Source: Eledone cirrhosa
Lineage: Eukaryota
Reading direction: 5' to 3'
Length of the DNA stretch: 64,000 nt
Assembly (NCBI GenBank): GCA_964016885.1
Contig: OZ024744.1
Span: 11,594,001 to 11,658,000, forward strand
The first letter of the stretch is position 1, and the number at the start of each line of letters is the position of its first letter. Positions 54,101-64,000 of this stretch are shown here, piece after piece. The translations under genes and the position numbers were made by a program. The notes beneath the pieces are model-generated. The model was not told the origin of the DNA and did no database searches. It saw nothing but the letters and a program-made list of their open reading frames with translations.

Positions 54101-57100
54101 CAATATGTTGTGCTGTTATACTCCAATATTTTGTGTTGTTATACTCCAATATGTGGTATTGTTGTACTCCAATATGTTGTGATGTTGTACTCCAATATGT
54201 TGTGTTGTTATACTCCAACATGTTGTGTTGTTATACTCCAATATGTTGTGTTGTTATACTCGAATATGTTGTGTTGTTATACTCGAATATCTTGTGTTGT
54301 TATACTCGAATATGTTGTGCTGTTGTACTCCAATATGTCGTGTTGTTGTACTCCAATATATCATGTAGTTGTACTCCAATATTTCGTGTTGTTGTACCCC
54401 AATATGTAGTGTTTATACTCCAATATGTTTTGCTGTTGTACTCCAATATGTTGTGTTGCTGTACTCCTATATGTTGTGTTGTTATTCTCCAATATGTTGT
54501 GCTGTTGTACTCCAATGTGTTGTGTTGTTATACTCCAATATGTTGTGTTGATTTACTCCAATATGTTGTGTTGTTGTACTCCAATCTGTTGTGTTGTTAT
54601 ACTCCAATCTGTTGTGTTGTTATACTCCAATATGTTGTGTTGTTGTAGTCCAATATGTTGTGTTGTCGTACTCCAATATGTTGTGTTGTTATACTCCAAT
54701 ATTTCGTGTGGTTGTACTCCAATATGTCATGGTGTTGTACTTCAATATGTCGTGTTGTTGTACTCCAATATGTTGTCTTGCTGTACTCCAATATGTTGTG
54801 TTGTTGTACTCCAATATCTTGTGTTCTTATACTCCAATATGTTGTGTTGTTATACTCCAATATGTTGTGTTGTTGTACTCCAATATGTTGTGCTGTTTTA
54901 CTCCAATATGTTATGTTGTTGTACTCCAATATGTCATGTTGTTGTACTCCAATATGTTTTGATGTTGTACTCCAATATGTTGTGTTGTTGTACTCCAATA
55001 TGTTTTGATGTTGTAGTCCAATATGTTGTGTTGTTATACTCCAATATGTTATGTTGTTGTACTCCAATATGTCATGTTGTTGTACTCCAATATGTTTTGA
55101 TGTTGTACTCCAATATGTTGTGTTGTTGTACTCCAATATGTTTTGATGTTGTAGTCCAATATGTTGTGTTGTTGTACTCCAATATGTTGTGTAGTCGTAC
55201 TCCAATATGTTGTGTTGTTGTACTCCAATATGCTGTGATGTTGTACTCCAATATGACGTGCTGTTGTACTCCAATGCGTTGTGTTGTTGTACTCCAATAT
55301 GCTGTGTTGTTATACTCCAATATGTTGTGTTGTTGTACTCCAATATGTTGTGTTGTTGTACTCCAATATGTTGTGTTGTTGTAATCCAATATCTTGTGTA
55401 GTTATACTCCAATATGTTGTGCTGTTGTACTCCAATATGTTGAGTTGTTATACTCCAATATGTAGTGTTGTTATACTCCAATATGTTGTGTTGTTGTACT
55501 CCAATCTGTTGCGTTATACTCCAATATGTTGTGTTGTTATACTCCAATATGTTGTGTTTTTATACTCCAATATGTTGTGTTGTTTTACTCCAATATGTTG
55601 TATTGTTGATCTCCAATATGTCATATTATACTCCAATAAGTTGTGTTCTTGTACTCCAATATGTGTTGTTGTTGTACTCCAATATGTTGCGTTGTTGTAC
55701 TCCATTATATCATGTTATACTCCAATAAGTTGTGTTCTTGTACTCCAATATGTTGTGTTGTTGTACTCCAATATGTTATGTTGTTGTACCCCAATATGTC
55801 ATGTTGTTGTACTCCAATATGTTTTGATGTTGTACTCCAATATGTTGTGTTGTTGTACTCCAATATATCATGTTGTCGTACTCCAATATGTCATGTTATA
55901 CTCCAATATGTTGTGTTGTTGTACTCCAATATGTTTTGATGTTGTAGTCCAATATGTTGTGTTGTTATACTCCAATATGTGTTGTTGTTGTACTCCAATA
56001 TGTTGCGTTGTTGTACTCCAATATATCATGTTATACTCCAATAAGTTGTGTTCTTGTACTCCAATATGTTGTGTTGTTGTACTCCAATATATCATGTTAT
56101 ACTCCAATAAGTTGTGTTCTTGTACTCCAATATGTTGTGTTGTTGTACTCCAATATGTTGTGTTGTTGTACTCCAATATATCATGTTGTCGTACTCCAAT
56201 ATGTCATGTTATACTCCAATATGTTGTGTTGTTGTACTCCAATATGTTTTGATGTTGTAGTCCAATATGTTGTGTTGTTATACTCCAATATGTGTTGTTG
56301 TTGTACTCCAATATGTTGCGTTGTTGTACTCCAATATATCATGTTATACTCCAATAAGTTGTGTTCTTGTACTCCAATATGTTTTGATGTTGTAGTCCAA
56401 TATGTTGTGTTGTTGTACTCCAATATGTTGTGTAGTCGTACTCCAATATGTTGTGTTGTTGTACTCCAATATGCTGTGATGTTGTACTCCAATATGACGT
56501 GCTGTTGTACTCCAATGCGTTGTGTTGTTGTACTCCAATATGCTGTGTTGTTATACTCCAATATGTTGTGTTGTTGTACTCCAATATGTTGTGTTGTTGT
56601 ACTCCAATATGTTGTGTTGTTGTAATCCAATATCTTGTGTAGTTATACTCCAATATGTTGTGCTGTTGTACTCCAATATGTTGAGTTGTTATACTCCAAT
56701 ATGTCATGTTATACTCCAATATGTCGTTGTTATACTCCAATATGTCATGATGTTGTACTCCAATATGTCGTGTTCTTGTACTCCAATATGTCGTGTTGTC
56801 GTACTCCAATATGTTGTGTTGTTGTACTCCAATATGTTGTGTTGTTTTACTCCAATATGTTGTATTGTTGATCTCCAATATGTCATATTATACTCCAATA
56901 AGTTGTGTTCTTGTACTCCAATATGTGTTGTTGTTGTACTCCAATATGTTGCGTTGTTGTACTCCAATATATCATGTTATACTCCAATAAGTTGTGTTCT
57001 TGTACTCCAATATGTTGTGTTGTTGTACTCCAATATGTTATGTTGTTGTACTCCAATATGTCATGTTGTTGTACTCCAATATGTTTTGATGTTGTACTCC

Positions 57101-60100
57101 AATATGTTGTGTTGTTGTACTCCAATATGTTTTGATGTTGTAGTCCAATATGTTGTGTTGTTATACTCCAATATGTTATGTTGTTGTACTCCAATATGTC
57201 ATGTTGTTGTACTCCAATATGTTTTGATGTTGTACTCCAATATGTTGTGTTGTTATACTCCAATATGTTGTGCTGTTGTACTCCAATATGCTGTGTTGTT
57301 ATACTCCAATATGTAGTGTTGTTATACTCCAATATGTTGTGTTGTTGTACTCCAATCTGTTGTGTTGTTATACTCCAATATATTGTGTTGTTATACTCCA
57401 ATATGTTGTGTTGTTTTACTCCAATATGTTGTGTTGTTGTACTCCAATATGTTGTATTGTTGTTCTCCAATATGTCATGTTATACTCCAATAAGTTGTGT
57501 TCTTGTACTCCAATATGTTGTGTTGTTGTACTCCAATATGTTGTGTTGTTGTACTCCAATATATCATGTTGTCGTACTCCAATATGTCATGTTATACTCC
57601 AATATGTCGTTGTTATACTCCAATATGTCATGATGTTGTACACCAATATGTCGTGTTCTTGTACTCCAATATGTCGTGTTGTCGTACTCCAATATGTTGT
57701 GTTGTTGTACTCCAATATGTTGTGCTGTTGTACTCCAATATGTTGTGTTGTTGTACTCCAATATGTTGTGTTGTTATACTCCAATATGTTGTGCTGTTGT
57801 ACTCCAATATTCCGTGTTGTTGTACTCCAATACGTCGTGTTGTACTCCAATATGTTGTGTTGTTATACTCCAATATGTTATGTTGTTGTACTCCAATGTG
57901 TCTTGTTGTTGTACTCCAATATGTTTTGATGTTGTACTCCAATATGTTGTGTTGTTGTACTCCAATATGTTTTGATGTTGTACTCCAATATGTTGTGTTG
58001 TTGTACTCCAATATGTTGTGTAGTCGTATTCCAATATGTTGTGTTGTTGTACTCTAATATGTTTTGTTGTTATTCTCCAATATGTTGTGATGTTGTACTC
58101 CAATGTGTTGTGTTGTTGTACTCCAATGTGATGTGTTGCTGTACTCCAATATGTTGTGCTGTTGTACTCCAATATTTTTTGTTTTTTGTACTCCAATATG
58201 TTGTGTTGTTATACTCCAATATGTTGTGTTGTTATACTCCAATATGGTGTGTTGTTGTACTCCAATATGTTGTATTGTTTTCTCCAATATGTCATGTTAT
58301 ACTCCAATATGGTGTGTTCGTGTACTCCAATATGTTGTGTTATTGTACTCCAATATGTTGCGTTGTTGTACTCCAATATGTTGTGTTGTTATACTCCAAT
58401 ATGTCGTGTGGCTGTACTCCAATATGTCATGTTGTTGTACTCCAATATGTCTTGTTATAGTCCAATATGTCGTGTTGTTGTACTCCAATATATCATGTAG
58501 TTGTACTCCAATATTTCGTGTTGTTGTACCCCAATATGTAGTGTTGTTTATACTCCAATATGTTTTGCTGTTGTACTCCAATATGTTGTGTTGCTGTACT
58601 CCTATATGTTGTGTTGTTATTCTCCAATATGTTGTGCTGTTGTACTCCAATGTGTTGTGTTGTTATACTCCAATGTGTTGTGTTGTTATACTCCAATATG
58701 TTGTGTTGTTGTAGTCCAATATGTTGTGTTGTCGTACTCCAATATGTTGTGTTGTTATACTCCAATATTTCGTGTGGTTGTACTCCAGTATGTCATGGTG
58801 TTGTACTTCAATATGTCGTGTTGTTGTACTCCAATATGTTGTCTTGTTGTACTCCAATCTGTTGTATTGTTGTACTTCAATATGTTCTGTTGTTGTACTC
58901 CAATATATTGTGTTGTTGTACTCCAATATGTTGTGTTGTTGTACTCCAATATGCTGTGTTGTTGTACTCCAATATGTTGTGTTGTTGTACTCCAATATGT
59001 TGTGTTGTTGTACTCCAATATCTTGTGTTCTTATACTCCAATATGTTGTGTTGTTATACTCCAATATGTTGTGTTGTTGTACTCCAATATGTTGTGCTGT
59101 TGTACTCCAATATGATGTGCTGTTGTACTCCAATATGTTGTGTTGTTGTACTCCAATGTGTTGTGTTGTTGTACTCCAATATGTTGTGCCGTTGTACTCC
59201 AATATTTTTTTGTTTTTGTACTCCAAAATGTTGTGTTGTTATACTCCAATATGTTGTGTTGGTGTACTCCAATATGGTGTGCTGTTGTACTCCAAATCTC
59301 GTGTTGTTATACTCCAATGTGTTGTGTTGTTATACTCCAATATGTTGTGTTGTTGAACTCCAATATGTTGTATTGTTTTTCTCCAATATGTCATGTTATA
59401 CTCCAATATGTCGTGTTGCTGTACTCCAATATGTCATGCTGTTGTACTTCAATATGTTTTGCTGTTGTACTCCACCGTGTTGTGTTGTTGAACTCCAATA
59501 CGTTGTGTTGTTGTTCTCCAATATTTTGTGCTGTTGTACTCCAATTTGTGTTGTTGTACTCCAATATGTTGTGTTGTTGTACTCCAATATGTTGTGTTGT
59601 TGTACTCCAATATGTTGTGTTGTTATACTCCAATATATTGTGCTGTTGTACTCCAATATTTCGTGTTGTTGTACTCCATTACGTCGTGTTGTTGTACTCC
59701 AATATGTTTTGATGTTGTACTCAAATATGTTGTGTTGTTGTACTCCAATATGTTTTGATGTTGTACTCCAATATGTTGTGTTGTTGTACTCCAATATGTT
59801 GTGTAGTCTTAATCCAATATGTTGTGTTGTTGTACTCCAATATGCTGTGATGTTGTACTCCAATATGATGTGATGTTGTACTCCAATGTGTTGTGTTGTT
59901 GTACTCCAATGTGATGTGTTGTTGTACTCCAATATGTTGTGCCATTGTACTCCAATATTTTTTATATTTGTACTCCAATATGTTGTGTTGTTATACTCCA
60001 ATATGTTGTGCTGTTGTACTCCAAATCTCGTGTTGTTATACTCCAATGTGTTGTGTTGTTATACTCCAATATGGTGTGCTGTTGTAGTCCAATATGTTGT

Positions 60101-60559
60101 ATTGTTTTTTTCCAATATGTCATGTTATACTCCAATATGTTGTGTTCGTGTACTCCAATATGTTGTGTTATTGTACTCCAATATGTTGCGTTGTTGTACT
60201 CCAATATGTTGTGTTGTTATACTCCAATATGTTGTGTTGTTGTACTCCAATATGTTGTCTTGTTGTACTCCAAAAGGCCATGTTATCGTACTCCAATATG
60301 TCTTGTTATACTCCAATATGTCGTGTGGCTGTACTCCAATATGTAATGTTGTTGTACTCCAATATGTCTTGTTATAGTCCAATATGTCGTGTTGTTGTAC
60401 TCCAATATGTCATGTAGTTGTATTCCAATATTTCGTGTTGTTGTACCCCAATATGTCGTGTTGTTTATACTCCAATATGTTTTGCTGTTGTACTCCAATA
60501 TGTTGTGTTGCTGTATTCCAATATGTTGTGTTGTTATTCTCCAATATGTTGTGCTGTTG

Positions 60560-61140
60560 TACTCCAATGTGTTATGTTGTTATACTCCAATATGTTGTGC
60601 TGTGCTACTCCAATATATTGTGTTGTTGTACTCCAATGTGTTATGTTGTTATACTCCAATATGTTGTGTTGATTTACTCCAATATGTTGTGTTGTTGTAC
60701 TCCAATCTGTTTTGTTGTTATACTCCAATATGTTGTGTTGTTATACTCCAATATGTTGTGTTGTTTTACTCCAATATGTTGTGTTGTTGTACTCCAATAT
60801 GTTGTGTTGTTGTACTCCAATATGTTGTGTTGTTGTAATCCAATATCTTGTGTTGTTATACTCCAATATGTTGTGTTGTTGTACTCCAATATGTTGTGTT
60901 GTTGTACTCCAATGTGTTATGTTGTTATACTCCAATATGTTGTGCTGTGCTACTCCAATATAGTGTGTTGTTGTACTCCAATGTGTTGTGTTGTTATACT
61001 CCAATATGTTGTGTTGATTTACTCCAATATGTTGTGTTGTTGTACTCCAATCTGTTGTGTTGTTATACTCCAATATGTTGTGTTGTTATACTCCAATATG
61101 TTGTGTTGTTTTACTCCAATATGTTGTGTTGTTGTACTCC
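60560..61140 (+). repeat. Local 345-bp (15-monomer) offset duplication
   Basis: The rare monomer gctgtgctactcc occurs at ~60599 and ~60944. ORF pairs 60674/61019 and 60712/61057 are offset by 345. Confidence 0.8.
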
Positions 61141-64000
61141 AATATGTCATGTTGCTGTACTCCAACATGTCGTGTTGTAGTACTCCAATATGTTTTGATG
61201 TTGTACTCCAATATGTTGTGTTGTTGTACTCCAATATGTTGTGTTGTTGTACTCCAATATGTTGTGTTGTTATACTCCAATATGTTGTGCTGTTGTACTC
61301 CAATATGTCATGTTGTTGTACTCCAATATTTCGTGTTGTTCTACTCCAATATTTCGTGTTGTTGTACTCCAATATGTCGTGGTGTTGTACTCCAATATGT
61401 TTTGATGTTGTACTCCAATATGTCGTGTTGTTGTACTCCAATATGTTGTGTTGTTGTACTCCAATATGCTGTGTTGTTATACTCCTATATGTTGTGCTGT
61501 TGTACTTCAATATGTTGTGTTCTACTCCAATATGTTGTGTTGTTATACTCCAATATGTTGTGTTGTTGTACTCCAATATGTTGTGTTGTTGTACTCCAAT
61601 ATGTGATGTTGTTGTACTCCAATATGTCGTATTGTTGTACTCCAATATATTGTGTTGTTATACTCCAATATTTCGTGTTGTTTTAGTCCAATATGTCATG
61701 TTGTTTTACTCCAATATTTCGTGTTGTTGTACTCCAATATGTCATGGTGTTGTACTTCAATATGTCGTATTGTTGTACTCCAATATGTTGTGTTGTTGTT
61801 CTCCAATACGTCGTGTTGTTATACTCCAATATGTTATGATGTTGTACTCCAATATATTGTGTTGTTGTACTCCAATATGTTGTGTTGCTGTACTCCAATA
61901 TGTTGTGTCGTTGTACTCCAATATGTTGTGTTGTTGTACTCCAATATGTTGTGTTGTTGTACTCCAATATGTTGTTGTACTCCAATATGCCATGTTGTTA
62001 TACTCCAATATGTCGTGGTGTTGTACTCCAATATGTCATGTTGTTGTACTCCAATATTTCGTGTTGTTGTACTCCAATATGTCATAAGGGCTGTACTCCA
62101 ATATGGTGTGTTGTTGAACTCCAATATGCTGTGTTGATGTACTCCAATAGGTTGTGTTGTTGTACTCCAATATGCTGTGTTGGCTGTGCTCCAATACGTT
62201 GTGTTGTTGTACTCCAATATGTTGTGCTGCTGTACTCCAATATGTTGTGGTGTTGTACTCCAATATGTTGTGTTGTTGTACTCCAATATGTTGTGCTGTT
62301 GTACTCCAATCTATATCGCTGGTGTACTCCAATATGTTGTGTTGTTGTACTCCAATATGTTGTGCTGTTGTACTCCAATATGTTGTGCTGTTGTACTCCA
62401 ATATTTTGTGTTGTTATACTCCAATATATTGTGTTGTTATACTCCAATATGTTGTGTAGTTGTACTCCAAAATATTGTGTTGTTATACTCCAATATGTTG
62501 TGTTGTTATACTCCAATATGTTGTGCTGTTATACTCCAATATGTTGTGTTGTTGTACTCCAATATGTTGTGCTGTTATACTCCAATATTTTGTGTTGTTA
62601 TACTCCAATATGTGGTATTGTTGTACTCCAATATGTTGTGCTGTTGTACTCCAATATGTTGTGTTGTTATACTCCAATATGTTATGTTGTTGTACTCCAA
62701 TGTGTCTTGTTGTTGTACTCCAATATGTTTTGATGTTGTACTCCAATATGTTGTGTTGTTGTACTCCAATATGTTTTGATGTTGTACTCCAATATGTTGT
62801 GTTGTTGTACTCCAATATGTTGTGTAGTCGTATTCCAATATGTTGTGTTGTTGTACTCTAACATGTTTTGTTGTTATTCTCCAATATGTTGTGATGTTGT
62901 ACTCCAATGTGTTGTGTTGTTGTACTCCAATGTGATGTGTTGTTGTACTCCAATATGTTGTGCTGTTGTACTCCAATATTTTTTGTTTTTTGTACTCCAA
63001 TATGTTGTGTTGTTATACTCCAATATGTTGTGTTGTTATACTCCAATATGGTGTGTTGTTGTACTCCAATATGTTGTGTTGTTTTCTCCAATATGTCATG
63101 TTATACTCCAATATGGTGTGTTCGTGTACTCCAATATGTTGTGTTATTATACTCCAATATGTTGCGTTGTTGTACTCCAATATGTTGTGTTGTTATACTC
63201 CAATATGTCGTGTGGCTGTACTCCAATATGTCATGTTGTTGTACTCCAATATGTATTGTTATAGTCCAATATGTCGTGTTGTTGTACTCCAATATATCAT
63301 GTAGTTGTACTCCAATATTTCGTGTTGTTGTACCCCAATATGTAGTGGTGTTTATACTCCAATATATTTTGCTGTTGTACTCCAATATGTTGTGTTGCTG
63401 TACTCCTATATGTTGTGTTGTTATTCTCCAATATGTTGTGCTGTTGTACTCCAATGTGTTGTGTTGTTATACTCCAATGTGTTGTGTTGTTATACTCCAA
63501 TATGTTGTGTTGTTGTAGTCCAATATGTTGTGTTGTCGTACTCCAATATGTTGTGTTGTTATACTCCAATATTTCGTGTGGTTGTACTCCAGTATGTCAT
63601 GGTGTTGTACTTCAATATGTCGTGTTGTTGTACTCCAATATGTTGTCTTGTTGTACGCCAATCTGTTGTATTGTTGTACTTCAATATGTTCTGTTGTTGT
63701 ACTCCAATATATTGTGTTGTTGTACTCCAATATGTTGTGTTGTTGTACTCCAATATGCTGTGTTGTTGTACTCCAATATGTTGTGTTGTTGTACTCCAAT
63801 ATGTTGTGTTGTTGTACTCCAATATGTTGTGTTCTTATACTCCAATATGTTGTGTTGTTATACTCCAATATGTTGTGTTGTTGTACTCCAATATGTTGTG
63901 CTGTTGTACTCCAATATGATGTGCTGTTATACTCCAATATGTTGTGTTGTTGTACTCCAATGTGTTGTGTTGTTGTACTCCAATATGTTGTGCCGTTGTA

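Larger units (their letters stand above)
33440..58652 (+). repeat. Large tandem duplication, period ~12.67 kb (~33440-45981 matches ~46105-58652)
   Basis: Offsets are 12665 (33505/46170), 12670 (34584/47254) and 12671 (36333/49004, 40707/53378, 42610/55281, 45301/57972). The steps are explained by a 5-bp deletion at ~34495 and a 1-bp T insertion at ~48810. The match ends at 45982 C vs 58653 T. Confidence 0.9.
1..64000 (+). repeat. 23-bp tandem satellite array, consensus ACTCCAATATGTTGTGTTGTTGT, extending beyond both window edges
   Basis: The ACTCCAAT core or a close variant recurs every 18-24 bp (mostly 23) from base 1 to the end, in one orientation and with no unique interruptions. Perfect consensus runs occur, e.g. 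7 monomers at 22099-22259 and 6 at 16577-16714. Confidence 0.99.

Noticed and set aside
14-63937. Long Cys/Val/Leu-rich (+) and Thr/Asn/Gln-rich (-) ORFs, up to 819 aa, resembling keratin-associated, metallothionein-like or mucin-like proteins
   Set aside because: All frames on a strand give the same 23-aa repeat. The ORFs overlap in all six frames, have no unique domain, and start and stop at random monomer variants and indels. They are a direct translation of a stop-free satellite.
1-64000. CRISPR array (23-bp repeat length; conserved part plus variable part)
   Set aside because: There are no unique spacers. The variable ~13 bp are point variants of one consensus, the period is far shorter than repeat plus spacer, and there is no leader or cas gene.
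1-64000. Candida/Kluyveromyces-type long telomeric repeat (23-25 bp, TGTAC junction, G/T-rich strand)
   Set aside because: It lacks the GGTGTACGGAT-type core. An array of at least 64 kb with variants inherited in kb-scale blocks indicates recombinational amplification rather than telomerase templating. A subtelomeric location is not excluded.
1-64000. CCAAT boxes in every monomer and CArG-like CCAATATGG variants as regulatory sites
   Set aside because: The flanks do not fit the NF-Y consensus (RRCCAATSR), CCAATATGG has five rather than six A/T between CC and GG, and there is no gene or promoter context.
1-64000. Variant cassette library for a diversity-generating retroelement or antigenic variation
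   Set aside because: There is no reverse transcriptase, recombinase or expression locus, and no adenine-specific variation pattern. The variation fits ordinary satellite turnover.
1-64000. Inversions, transposon insertions, tRNA/rRNA or other unique islands
   Set aside because: I saw no reverse-orientation monomer (ATTGGAGT on +) and no non-satellite stretch anywhere in the window.

Overview
The whole 64 kb window is one uninterrupted, single-orientation tandem satellite array. The consensus monomer is 23 bp, ACTCCAATATGTTGTGTTGTTGT (A4 C3 G5 T11, 35% GC, strongly T/G-skewed on +), present in roughly 2,800 copies (64,000/~23, estimate). I see no unique sequence, transposon, RNA gene, CRISPR spacer or credible protein-coding gene. 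The many six-frame ORFs arise because the monomer has no stop triplet on either strand. The information lies in the monomer variants. They form kb-scale recurrent modules that have been reshuffled and duplicated at several scales: 66, 138, 313, 345 and 1,458 bp, a recurrent ~5.5-5.65 kb spacing, a near-perfect 6,606-bp tandem duplication, a 7,076-bp offset copy and a ~12.67-kb tandem duplication. The TG/CG/CA/TA variant pattern suggests decay of methylated CpG. This is most likely eukaryotic heterochromatic satellite DNA (inference). I do not recognise the family or organism and found no evidence for a new gene-based system. Offsets were read by eye from the sequence and from repeated ORF-track entries, so boundaries are approximate.
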